DNA of 64,000 nucleotides from Octopus vulgaris (Eukaryota): NCBI GenBank assembly GCA_951406725.2, contig OX597841.1, positions 10,168,001 to 10,232,000 of the forward strand, read 5' to 3'. Shown piece by piece: positions 51,845 to 64,000 of this stretch (position 1 is its first letter; each line of letters starts with the position of its first letter). The notes under the pieces were generated by a model. It saw only the letters and a program-made list of their open reading frames with translations, ran no database searches and was not told where the DNA came from. The position numbers and the translations under genes were made by a program.

Positions 51845-52689
51845 GCGGCTTAATTTGACTCAACACGGGAAAACTCACCCGGTCCGGACACCGGTAGGAT
51901 TGACAGATCGATAGCTCTTTCTCGATTCGGTGGGTGGTGGTGCATGGCCGTTCTTAGTTGGTGGAGCGATCCGTCTGGTTGATTCCGATAACAAACGAGA
52001 CTCCGGCCTGCTAACTAGCGCGTCGATTAGTGCTTTTCCGGTAGCGCGGCGGCGCCGAAGCCGTCGTCGGTAGCTCCGCGCGCGGCCCGGGCTTGCCGTT
52101 GCCGCCGCTCTCCTTCGGTCCGGCGCTGCGGCCGCGTCCGGCTGCCGTCCCCCGTTCGCGGGGGTTCGGTCGCGGCGTGGTTGCGGCGTCGGTTGCGGAG
52201 CGGCGGCGGTGACCCGGTCGGCTCGGCCCGCGCGAGCCCGGCGGCGGCACGCCGTCGCGTCCGGGCCAGTCGGTTGGCGAACGCAGCGCTTCTTAGAGGG
52301 ACGGGCGGCAGAAAGCCGCACGAGGCGGAGCGATAACAGGTCTGTGATGCCCTTAGATGTCCGGGGCCGCACGCGCGCTACACTGGAGGTATCAGCGGGC
52401 GCGTCTCCCCCGGCCCGAGAGGGTCGGGAAACCTCTGAACCACCTCCCGTGATAGGGATCGGGGCCTGGAACCAACCCCGTGAACGAGGAATTCCCGGTA
52501 GGCGCGGGTCATCAGCCCGCGTCGATCACGTCCCTACCCTTTGTACACACCACCCGTCGCTACTACCGATCGAACGGTCCGGTGAGGTCCTCGGATCTGG
52601 CCGACGAGTCCGCTTACGCGCGGCGGCGTTTTGCGCCGTCGTTGGCGCGTTCTCTGATGGCCCGGAGAAGACGACCGAACCCGATCGCT

Positions 52690-52747
<58 letters not shown>
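50183..52747 (+). rRNA. 18S rRNA: 18S rRNA, full length (2565 nt) with large GC-rich expansions; possibly a pseudogene copy
   Basis: Starts TACCTGGTTGATCCTGCCAGTAG, contains GTGCCAGCAGCCGCGGTAA and AAACTTAAAGGAATTGACGG, ends GTAGGTGAACCTGCGGAAGGATCATTA; long insertions in V2, V4 and V7. Confidence 0.97.
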
Positions 52748-53235
52748 GCGCCGTCTTTTTGGGAAAACGCAAACTTGCGATCCGCCCAATTGCCAAGTCG
52801 CGGCCGGGCCCCCTCGCCCGAGTACCACCGAATGCTCTTGTTTTGGCCCTCTAACAGCCCAGCAGCAGCAGTAGGGGCAGCCCACCCACACGCCGAACTC
52901 TCTGCTGCCGACCGCGCAACCACCCTGCCGGCGTCGGCCTGCCCTCATGGCACTCGGACGACGGGGCTTGTACGCTTTGCGAGCTCCATAACCATCTCTT
53001 CCTTCCTGCCTCGCCCGACCGCGCGATTCGGCCTAGGCCGTGGGTGCTGCCCGGCGCCTTCCGATGACCACCGAAATGCGCGGCCGCTGTTCCTCGCCTC
53101 CTAGCGCTCTCGAGAAACTTGCCGAGCTGTAAGTCGCGGCCGGGCCCCCTCGCCCGAGTACCACCGAATGCTCTTGTTTTGGCCCTCTAACAGCGCAGCA
53201 GCAGTAGCGGCAGCCCGCCGACACGCCGTAATCTC
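52748..53235 (+). other. Partial ITS1 with internal ~110-bp duplication; no 5.8S follows
   Basis: AAGTCGCGGCCGGGCCCCCTCGCCCGAGTACCACCGAATGCTCTTGTTTTGGCCCTCTAACAGC occurs at ~52795 and ~53130; GC content drops abruptly after ~53235. Confidence 0.7.
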
Positions 53236-53239
53236 TTGT

Positions 53240-53725
53240 CTGACTTAATAGCATCCCCTGATAGGATCTATTAAATCATTTTCAAGTCATATTTTGTGGT
53301 ATCGAGCCCCATTCACGTAGGGAGTTGTTGAGTGAGATGTACCCAGGTATTGGGGGTTTCTCTGGTATCCCCTGAGGAAATTTGTCCAGGTTTCATTTAA
53401 AGGGAATGGGATAGTATTTTTTTTTCTTTGATTTGTTTTTGGATAACATTATATGGAATAGGGTCCTGTTGAGGAAAAGAATTATATTGCTGTGGATTTA
53501 TGTGTTGTGATCCTGAATTGTGTAGGGGCCATGTGACACGTGGCCACCCTAGCCCTGGATGTATTCTGAATCAAATATTAATGTTGTTTCAGCAATGCTG
53601 GTCATGTATTCGCCACATCGTGCAAGATGGCTTTGGAGAGAATAAAGTTTCAATGCTTTAATGTGGTCCCAATAATCAAGACGAGTCATACTTTGTATTT
53701 CTTTAATGATTGCTCTCTGGAGTGA
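53240..53725 (-). mobile_element. CR1/L2-group LINE 3' fragment
   Basis: Minus-strand ESLQRAIIKEIQSMTRLDYWDHIKALKLYSLQ, matching the CR1-type C-terminal pattern ES.QR.....I.GM..L.YWERLK.L.LYSLQ. Confidence 0.65.
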
Positions 53726-53849
53726 CTCATTTCTCTTAATGTTTTGTGTGGTGTGGGGCAGGGGTGGGGGACCGTAGGGAGCAGCATCATTTTAGGTGTG
53801 GCTGCTCAAAAGAGGAGAGTGGGGGAACAATTGCATCTTGCTCTCCGGA

Positions 53850-54370
53850 ATGGAAAGTTCCGAGGATCCAGGAGCTCGTCCTGCAAGCTATATTGACTTC
53901 ATTGTTGATGCATAGCAAGCATAAGACCGCTGTCCCACCCGTAGGTCCATTGAGAGACAATAACAGGATTCTCCACCACAACGCTAAAGACATGGCTCAA
54001 GTACTACAGAAACAATACTGTCCTGCCTTTAGCGATCCCACTGATACTGATGCAAAGGATGTGAACGAGGTCAACCCTCAGCATATTATCTCTACCATAA
54101 CTGTCTCACACACTGAAGCAGCAAAGAAGACCAAACTGAACACGTGCAGTTTGCAAAAGAGAATGCCCTCAGCCGACCATATTCTCTTCCATCAGAGGAA
54201 CTACTCACAGCATCCAAAAGTAGAGACTTAGGAGTAGCCGTTGGAAACAGTCTCGACTGGAGTGTTCTCATCAACACTAAAGTCAATATGGTTCACAGAA
54301 TGAGCTCCTCGATCCTTAGAACCTGCCAGTCCAAGGTGCCAAAATGTCATCAGACCATTTCCTCCACCTC
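53850..54370 (+). mobile_element. CR1-group LINE fragments
   Basis: VGPLRD...DMAQVLQKQY..AFS and SRDLGV...LDW...IN..V......ILRT motifs. Confidence 0.55.
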
Positions 54371-55280
54371 TGTCCACCTTACATGACCATGCCAGTGCAG
54401 TCATCTATCTTGTACGCCACATCCGATGTCTCCAATTTTCTCAGCACATTTCTTTGTCCTAAAAGCACCCTGGTATTGCACATCCAGTGGAGCATGCTAG
54501 TTTCTTCTCTTTCTATATCTTCTGCATTCAACTCCTAACTTTCACAACTGTGTAGCTTTGCTGTTTGTATATAGGCATCGTACAACCTACCTTTCACTCT
54601 GAGAGAAAAGTCTTTCATTACCAACTTACATAAAAGTTCTCTAAGCTTTCTCCACTCACATCTTATTCCACTAACTATCCTGTCAGTCTATCCTCCTCCA
54701 CTGTTAATTAGCTCACCTAGATAACAGAATCTGACTACTATTTCTAGGGAGCCTCCTAGGTATTCCAGGACATCTATTTCCCATGTTCTCTTATTACATA
54801 TTGCTCCTGCATATCTGCCACAAACAACTTCTGTTCTCTCTCTTTACATTCCTCTCATACCACTACACCTCTTATGCATCCATGGTTTGCACTGAGGACA
54901 TTGTAAGCAATTTCTGCCTACACCTTGTCTATACATGGAACAGGGTCATTTACCCAAACGGATTACTGCCCTATTTTTCTGCTAACTTGAACTTGGGTCT
55001 TTGCCAACTTAACTTTAAGACCCTTTCATTCCTGGTTTTGTTTTCACATTTGGAATTCTCAAATTAATTCTCCTAAGTTTCAGCTGTAAGAACAAGATCT
55101 TCATCATAGAGGAGTTCCCATGGGTAACCAGTCTTAAATTCCTCCGTTATGGCCTTGACGACTATGTAAAATAAGAGAGGTCTCATGACTGACCTATGAT
55201 TGAACTCCCACTCGCACACTAAATTCATCTCGCTGTACTCATTGTTAACTGTCTTCTTCATTATCTGGGCTACGGCTCTT
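54370..55280 (-). mobile_element. RTE-clade LINE RT fragments
   Basis: PLLFYIVVKAITEEFKTGYPWELLYDEDLVL (decayed YADD region). Confidence 0.65.
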
Positions 55281-55376
55281 GCAGGGACATTTATAACCTG
55301 GTCTAGTAATTTAATACACACAAGTATACACATACATACGTATATTTGTACATATACATATACATACATACATACA

Positions 55377-55408
<32 letters not shown>

Positions 55409-55429
55409 CATATATGTTTACATATGTAC

Positions 55430-56820
55430 GTGCCAAATCTGCAGCTGGTGCAAAGTCCCATCCAGACCTAGGGTGACATGGCAGAGGAACAATGCTGTTG
55501 ACAAGGCCATTAGAGCAAAGAAGATTGGGGGTAGGAGGAAACTGCATCAGATAACCAGAAGGAAAGCTAGGGGACAGGTCTATCTAGCCAAGAGAGAAGC
55601 AGAAAAGAAGTTTGCCTATGTTTAGCGACATGAGAACCAGAGTCTTGAAGTGTTTTGGAATGCAAGACAGTGTATGAGAGAGATTTGTGATGTCATAGGA
55701 GAGAAATGTGTCCACATGGATGATGGTTCACTAGCATTTAATGATTTGGCAAGGAAAGAGGCTTAGAAATTCCATTATGAAAGACTGCTGGACGTGGAGA
55801 ATGAATGGGAGGAGAGTCTGCCAAATGTTGACCCAACTGAGGGACCAGCTATCCAAAGCGACAGTATCTTGATAGATAAAGCAATTAAGAATATGTAAAC
55901 AGGGAAAGGCCCCGGCCCATCAGGAATCACTGCTGAGATCCTTAAAATATCTTGACATGTGTGGGTAATGGTCTACTCACTCATATCAAGTTGTTCACGA
56001 AGGAGTCATACCCAATGACTGGTGTAGCAGCACCATAGTGAACTGCTACAAATGGGAAGGTGATGCTTTAGATAGGAATAATTGCAGAGGTATCAAATTG
56101 TTGAATCAAATGATGTAAGTTGCCGAGAGGGTCCTAACCAAACTAATTAGGGAGAGAGTTAGTCTAGAAGAGATGCACTTTGGTTTTGTGGTGCCAGGGA
56201 TGCTATATTTCTGATGCTATATTTCTGGAAGGGCAGCTTCAGGAGTGTTATGGAGAGTGCTAGCATCTAAATCTGTCTAATAGAATATTCTAGAGAGTTT
56301 TACAACTATCCATTCGATTCTATTGGACAGATTTAGATGCTAGTGATCTCCACAACAAAGAGAAAAATGTAACCAAAAATAAACCCCTGTACTTGGCTTT
56401 TGTTGACTTGGAGAAAGCCTTTGACAGGGGCCCCCGATCCCTTATCTGGTCGTCAATGCTGAAACTAGGGTTAGACGAGTTGTTGGTGAGCCGTTCAAGC
56501 AGTGTACAGGGACGCAATCAGCAAGGTGATCGTTGGCAAGGAGTACAGTGAAGAATTCAGGGTATAAGTAGGTATTCACCAAGGATCGGTTCCCAGCACC
56601 CTCTTGTTCATCATAGTTCTCCAGGCAATAACAGAGGAATGTATGACAGACTGTGCCTGGGAGCTCCTCTAAGCTGATGTCTTTGCTATAATAGATGAAT
56701 CACTTCCAGAACTAGAGAAAAAGTTTCAGGTATGGAAGCAAGGTCTAGAATAGAAGGGCCTTAGAGTTAACCTAGCAAAATCTTAGTAAATAGAAGTCAG
56801 ACAAATCACGAATCCCTTCA
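55430..56820 (+). mobile_element. RTE-clade LINE RT region, degenerate
   Basis: GKAPGPSGITAEILK, IPNDWCSSTIVNCYK, NCRGIKLL, LYLAFVDLEKAFDR and a GIHQGS..S motif; many stops. Confidence 0.8.
56246..56357. mobile_element. 112-bp palindromic MITE inserted in the RTE remnant
   Basis: TGT...ACA ends, ~41-bp imperfect inverted arms (CTAGCATCTAAATCTGTC core), flanked by AGGAG/AAGAG (possible 5-bp TSD). It interrupts QLQE|K...KNKPLYLAF. Confidence 0.7.
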
Positions 56821-56844
56821 CGTACATGCATATATATATCTGAG

Positions 56845-57180
56845 AGACCCCTTCAGTCACGACACTGACCATGGGATTGCACCTAGAAAGTTACCCTCCC
56901 AGGCACAAGTCCGGGCAAGGTTGTTTATGGAAGACCAGCAGTCACCCATGCATACCAGCCTCCCCACTCTACACCACCAGTGTTATCCAAGGGAAAGGCA
57001 AAGGGGCCAATACAGCTTGCCACCTGTGACACTGCAACTCATTTCTAAGGCTGAGTGAACTGGAGCAACGTGAAATAAAGTGTCTTGCTCAAGAACACAA
57101 CACGCAGCCCAGTCTGGGATTCGAGCTCACAACCTCACGATCGTATGCTCGATACTCTAAACACTGAGCCATGCACCTTC
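56845..57180 (-). mobile_element. tRNA-derived SINE, further family
   Basis: Minus-strand TGGCTCAGTGTTTAGAGT A box and GAGCTCGAATCCC B box. A partial related copy lies at ~57930-58070. Confidence 0.65.
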
Positions 57181-58065
57181 ACATATATACACACATACAG
57201 CTGTCTATATATGTATATATATATATAGATATATATGTTTGTGTGTGTGTGTGTGTGTGTGTATATACACACACACATGCACATATATATCTATCTATAC
57301 ATACACATATATACCCACATATATGCATTCACATGGATACAACATACATACACATGTACACACACGTACATACACATACAGTTTTCTTGCACTTGTTTAT
57401 CAGACACCTCTCCACGTGACACACACCACTTTAAATACCACTTCAGATATTGAAATATATTCTTTGGAATGACTTTGTTCCCATTATGTCCTGTGTTAAG
57501 CAATGACAATGGTGCCATCCATGCCCACCCTCGCCAACTCACTCTCTAAGCAACCTTGCAACACATGACATAATCTCCAGATAAACTGCTCTTCTCTCTT
57601 TGTTGTTTTTAGCAGAATGGATTAACAATGTTGACCAAAGTCTTCTCTTATCAGCAAAACAGAACATACACTCTCAGCTAATGAGGGGCTATGTACGTGG
57701 TAAATCAACAGACAAGAAATAGCAGCACACCCTTGTCTTATATCAAAAGACCCCTTAGACAGTGCAGTTGAAAATAGATGTAAAATTTTGGGATGGTCAT
57801 GGATGGAATGCTTTTGATCATGAATCCCAATCAGAGAGAGAGAAAGAGAGAGAGTGAGAGAGAGAGAGAGAAAGAGGGAGAGAGTGTGAGAGAGAGAGAG
57901 AGAAAGGGGGTAAAAGTATAAAGGCTCCCTCCCGGTCATGAATGACCATGGGATTGCACTTAGAAAGTTCCCCTCTGAGGTACAAGTCCAGCAGTTGCCC
58001 ATGCATTCCAGCCTCTGCTCTCCATGTCACCAATGTTGTCCATGGGAAAGGCAAAGGACGATACA

Positions 58066-58129
<64 letters not shown>

Positions 58130-58609
58130 TATGTGTGTGTGAGAGAGTACTTAGGTGCAGACGTGGGTTGGTGGTAAGAAGTCTGCTTCCCAGCCACATG
58201 GTTCTGGTTTCAGTCCCACAGTGTGCCACCATGGGCAGGAGTCTTCTACTACAGTCTCACGCCCACCAAAGTTTTGTGAGAGGATTTTGTAAATGGAAAC
58301 TGAAAGAAGCCCATCATATGTATACATACATCTAAATGCATAGATCTTTGTGAGTATTTCTTCCCCACAATCGCTTGGCAACTGGTGTGTGTGTTTACAT
58401 TCCTGTAACCTAGTGGTTCATCAAAAAAAAATCAATAAAATAAATATCAAGATTTTTTTTTAAAATGAGGTCAATTCATGTGTTTAAAACGTTTCAAGGC
58501 AGTGCCCCAGCATGGGCACAATATATATAGATATATATATAGATACATACATATAAATATAAATCAGAAATGGAAAAACAAAACAATAAATTGAACAATG
58601 TATGCATGT

Positions 58610-58683
<74 letters not shown>

Positions 58684-59290
58684 TTAACGTCCGTTCTCCA
58701 TGCTAGCATGGGTTGGACGGTTCAACTGGGGTCTGTGAAGCTGGAAGGCTTCATCAGGCCCAGTCAGATCTGGCAGTGTTTCTACAGCTGGATGCCCTTC
58801 CTAACGCCAACCACTCCGTGAGTGAGTGGGTGCTTTATGTGCCATACAGATGCCAGAACCACTCAAACGCCACAACGGAGTGTAGTGGGTGCTTTTTAGG
58901 CGGGGGCAATGCACGCGGATGGTGCTTTCGTGCCACCGACCGGGACCAGGGGCTGTGCCACGGATGGTGCTTTACGTCCCGCACGGGTGCCAGACAGAGC
59001 TGGCAAACGGCCACGAACGGATGGTGCTTTTACGTGTCACTGACACGGGGGCCAGGCTTGGCTGGCAACGGACACGAACGGATGGTGCTTTTACGTGCCA
59101 CCAACACGGGGGCCAGGCGAGGCTGGCAACGGACACGAACGGATGGTGCTTTTACGTGCCACTGACACGGGGGCCAGGCGAGGCTGGCAACGGACATGAA
59201 CGGATGGTGCTTTTACGTGCCACTGACACGGGGGCCAGGCGAGGCTGGCAACGGACACGAACGGATGGTGCTTTTACGTGCCACTGATGT
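58610..59290 (-). mobile_element. SINE/LINE-tail-type repeat with (GAT)n tail and internal 61-bp minisatellite
   Basis: Shares GGATGCCCTTCCTAACGCCAACCACTC with copies at 1-270, ~25750-25870, ~26500-26700 and ~27340-27450. 61-bp unit starts at 59064, 59125, 59186 and 59247. Confidence 0.7.
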
Positions 59291-60475
59291 TGATCGACCT
59301 CAATTTGGTTCTGCTTTCTGATTTATGAATTGATTTGGTTTGATTTTGATTTTGACTCTTCTCACTGTAATTTATACACATATATAGATACCCCCACCCC
59401 ATCAGTGGTCTACTACCCCTTCTACCACTCCCCTCTCCAATCACATACCCCTATTCATCTCCATTTCTGCCCCTCTCCTCTTCTCTCATATTGATGTGAC
59501 TAACGATAGCACTGGATCTTTCCGATGGCTCCCTCTACATCAATTCCCTTGTAACAAGAGAGCCAAGAGACATATATCACCCCCACCAAACACCCCTCTC
59601 ATGCACATCAGTCTTCTGGTACTGTTTGTGGTCCACATATAAGGGAGCTCATCAGATGTACATGTACCCCATACACTCGCTCCCACCAATGTCCATTTGA
59701 TATTGATATCAACCATTCACTCTCATCATTTATTGAGATGCCTTATATCTCGCTCTTTCTCACTTCTAATCCCCTCCTGGGCTGGATCCAGAACAAGAAG
59801 GCACCAAGGACACTGTAAGACAGTTGATGTTAGGAAGGACAACACACCATAGAAACAAAACCCAAAATAAATATTAAACGCTAAATGACATCCTGAGACC
59901 CATCTGGGAGAGAACCGCTGACCCTCCAATCCATACAAATGGACAAAACAAATATGTACAGTGATGATGATGATGATGATGATATATAAATGAAGCTGAA
60001 CACACACGCACACATATGAAACTAATAAAATGATGAAGATGGAGAGCCCCTTCCAATGTGGAAAGGGTCAGTTAAGTAACATTTACATATTTCCCGAAAT
60101 ATAAAAAGATGACTTTTGCCTTTCTACATTGTAAGAAGCTGTCAGTCTCCAATGACAAGGCTTCTAGCAAACCACAAGGCTCTTCAGTACATGTGTGTGT
60201 GTGTGTGTGTGTGTGTGACTATCTATGTATATGTAAGTATGCACACACACACACACACGTCTGCATATATAGTTTTGTATGTATGTATGTATGTATGTAT
60301 GTATATACATATATATATATATATGTAGGCAGGAGTGCCTTTGTAGTAAGAAGCTTGCTTCCCAACCACATGGTTGTGGGTTCAGTCCCATTGCACGGCA
60401 CCTTGGGCAAGTGTCTTTGGGCAGAGCAAAGACTCATGAGTGGATTTAGTAGATGGAAACTGAAAGAAGCTCCTC

Positions 60476-60529
<54 letters not shown>

Positions 60530-63500
60530 TTTCTCAATGTATTTGCTTTGTATGTCATAATTAGTAATACTGTTAATTATAGCAGTTGCTTAATCACTAG
60601 ACTGGAGGCAGATACAATACACACACACACTAAATATATTATATATATATGTGTATGTATTATATTTATATATATATGTAAATACGCATCTATCTATGCA
60701 CACAGAAATAATTGTATGTACATTTATATGTGTGTGTGTGTGTGTGTTTGCAAGTATTTCTCTTTTTCCCTGTAGTGGGAACCTAGCACACACACATCCA
60801 TATATACGAGTATATATATATATATATATAGATATAATATTGAGACACACATGTAGGACATGTCTAGGCTTTATCATTTGTCTACGTGATCAAATACATA
60901 ACAGCTTGTGTGCAAATTTCACACTACACACCCACACACACGAGGCGTTAACGCCCACTTCTTCCTGCTATTTATAAATAAGCCTCATCAGTAGGGATTA
61001 TCACATTTTTGCCGGTTCTTTCAACTGAACTCACAGACAGAAAGACTTCAGGCTGAAATTCAAACGCAATTGTTGACTCAAGTAAGTACTTTTATGATAA
61101 TTATCTTCATTAACAACTTCATTAACACATTTACAGTGTGAAATATTCCTTACAACTATTTCAAACATAATTATGCTGTTATGTTGAAAATTGTTTTATT
61201 TTCAGGCAGTATTTTTCATACTAGAAACTGTTCAAACATTTCACAGAGTTACATTATAAGCAAAACATTTCATTTCCAGAATATAATATAAAGGATAGTT
61301 TGGTAATGACAAGGTCAAAACTATTTGATGGAAATTAAGGAAATGGAAATGTTCATCTAAGGATACAGCATTTTAAGTTGTTTCCAGTAGATTTCTAATT
61401 CTCAAGTGAAATTTAAAATTTGTAAATCAATTTTATGGATGTTAAATTGTTTTTAGTAAATTTAATGTTTTTCAAAGTTTAGTCAAGGGAGAAGGGCCTT
61501 GCCGATGGCCCTTTATATTTCCAGGGTCTTCAAGAGTGGGGAATGGAAGAAAGACATTCTCAAATCAAGAGACCTAATATACATCAGAGAAATCCTCTGC
61601 TAAAAGGGCCAGGTGATGGTGTTGAAAAAGGTTATAGATTAAGTCTGAAACCCAGGGCGGCAACAAAAGGATTTGAACTCAGATCACAAAGAACCACATA
61701 AACCCTTTCATTAGTAACCCAGCTGAAACTGGCTCTGAGTACAAATGTCTTATTTTCATAAGTTTTAAATTAAAATCTTCCACCAAAACTTAGTCACAAT
61801 TTATGTTCCTAACTCTAACTTCATAATAACGAATTTATTTTACTAACTTCTTTGTTTTATCCAAAGTAATTAAAAGAAACACAGATCATCTCAAAATAAA
61901 TAAAGTAGCGAAAGGGTTAAATAATACAAGGAATATTGTCAAATATATAATTCCATCAGACTACCACCTCAGATTGGCATTTTAATTATTGACACTAGCA
62001 TAATAAAAATCAAAATTAATCTCGGCAGTATTTGAATTCAGCAGACAAAGAGAATAAATACCACAAGGTATTAAGTCCATAGGTTCTAACGACTCTACTA
62101 ATTGATCTTTTTCTTTTTTCAATCAATGAAATTTTTTAAAACTGATTTTTTATTTCAATATTAAACTTTGTATATAAATGGAATTGTTCTGGTGATTTCA
62201 TTTCTATTTTATATCTTGAAGCAAACAAGAAGAATTGTTTAAATATTAAACAATTTGGTGACAACATATATTTTCTCTCTCAGCACATCTTTATCCTACA
62301 TCAACATTTTAATGTACAATGCATTAAATATGTTTTCTCACCATCTTCAATATTATTTATTAGATGGATGGCTTCTGGGAAATATTTCACACTGTCTGCA
62401 TTTAATATAAACTCTATTACAAACCAACAACAAAGTCCCCCAAAAATGCCCTTAAAAACATATTAGATAATAACACATTGGTGAGGTCATGGCTAGAATG
62501 TCTGACTATAGGGTGACTAGATAAGAATAAACTTTCATCAACAGAAGCCATAATTTTAATTGATTTTAAACAAATATATTTGTTACATTTCAAATATAAT
62601 TTTATAAAAATAATTTTAATATTTCAACTTTATAAATTGTATTCTGACATTATAAAAGTTAAACATCCTATTAAATTTAAAAAGATTATAGTTTTGATAT
62701 ATTTTTATAAATTATATTTAAATATTGTATTTGAAGGAATAATCTATGTTATAATTTGGTAAATTTAGAAATATTCTTGGAGATTTCTGTGGAATTATCA
62801 GCTTGGTTGAGGAATAGAATATTGATGTTTTTTTTTTAAAGTGTAGATTTGTGGATGAGAAAGACATGAATAATAATTGAAGAGAGGGTGTGTCATTTAT
62901 AGAGATAGGTTAACAGACTAAATGGTGGTGGTCGTGGTGAAGTAGAGATTTCAAGTTATGTATTTAATGTGAGGCTGATGTGTTTTACTCCTTTAGTTAT
63001 TGAACCATGGCCATGCTGGAGCATTGCCTTTATGTATTTAACTGATTGTATTAGCACCAGCATTTCTTTTAAAGTCCGGTAAATATTTTAACCGAATCTA
63101 TTTGTGGATCAGCTAAATTAGGAAATGAAGTTGATATTTTAATTAAACAGCAAGTACTAATGATTAAATGATGGAAAGAATATATATATATATAAAGTGA
63201 GAGAGAGAGAGAGAGATACACACTTGTATACATACATATATACACACACTCTCCACGTTTGTGCTAATTTCCTCCAACCATTTTATAAACTATAAAATAT
63301 GTGTCCAGGATTTCAAATACTTTTACAAGAAGAGAAAGTTTATATTTTTTTGAACAATTTCAAAAATATTTGATGAATTCTAAAGAAAGAAAATGTAAAT
63401 TATATTTAATGACAAAAGGTTTTAGATTTTATGTTTCATGGAAAATACAAAATTTCTAAATCAATTTTACAGAAATTTAAGATAAGAAATCAAATAGGTA

Positions 63501-64000
63501 CGTAATTGTGTCTTTATTTTTGTCCCACTAACATTGCTTGACAACCGATGTTGGTGTGTTTACATCCCTGTAACTTAGTTGTTCAGCAAAAGACACCAAT
63601 AGAATACGTACTAGGCTTACAAAGAATAAGTCCTGGGGTCGATTTGCTCGACTAAAGGTGGTGCTCCAGTATGGCCACAGTCAAATGACTGAAACAAGTA
63701 TACGAATAAAAGAATATATATATATATACATACAGGCGCTGGAGTGGCTGTGTGGTAAGTAGCTTGCTTACCACCCACATGGTTCCGGGTTCAATTCCAC
63801 TGCGTGGCAGCTTGGGCAAGTGTTTTCTACTATAGCCTCGGGCTGACCAAAGCCTTATGTGTGGATTTGGTAGACGGAAACTCAAAGAAGCCTGTTGTAT
63901 ATATATGTATGTATGTTTGTTTGTCCTCCTAGCATTGCTTGACAACCGATGCTGGTGTGTTTACGTCCCCGTCACTTAGCGGTTCCGCAAAATACACCAA

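Noticed and set aside
46007-53254. Many Arg/Ala/Pro-rich ORFs and high GC suggesting a bacterial insert or horizontally transferred genes
   Set aside because: The region is eukaryotic rDNA (28S/IGS/18S/ITS1); the ORFs arise from stop-codon scarcity in GC-rich sequence.
58570-58821. Poly-histidine ORF
   Set aside because: (CAT)n tail of a dispersed retroposon.
61480-61700. Short GC-richer open stretch after TTCCAG in the AT-rich 61-63 kb region
   Set aside because: No recognisable protein motif or convincing donor site; cannot be supported as an exon.

Overview
Repeat-rich eukaryotic genomic DNA, very probably from an octopus (coleoid cephalopod). The assignment is an inference from dense tRNA-derived and Nin-domain SINEs, abundant microsatellites and an unusually long (~2.57 kb) GC-rich 18S rRNA. 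The one recognisable host gene is a + strand multi-exon secreted CAP/CRISP-family gene with a C-terminal ShKT domain (exons at 2122-2268, 4578-4792, 9272-9387 and 14564-14676). As assembled it has a 1-nt frameshift, and the middle exon(s) fall in a noisy stretch at ~10.4-14.4 kb. An isolated, truncated rDNA segment occupies 46062-53235: a damaged 28S piece, the intergenic spacer with subrepeats and duplicated promoter-like modules, the 5'ETS, a full-length 18S with changes at invariant positions, and part of ITS1. The rest is decayed mobile DNA: R4/Dong-like LINEs (one split by a solo LTR with a 4-bp TSD), Penelope-like elements, Helentron/Helitron non-autonomous elements, mariner/Tc1 remnants, RTE and CR1 fragments, and MITE-like fold-backs. 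The most unusual signals are a cluster of hammerhead-ribozyme motifs at 27.8-31.2 kb, including a perfect 69-bp palindrome carrying one on each strand, and two HINE-like elements carrying different cargo at the same internal site. Most ORFs in the supplied track are microsatellite or GC-rich rDNA artefacts. All family assignments come from motif recognition by eye; no database search was run.
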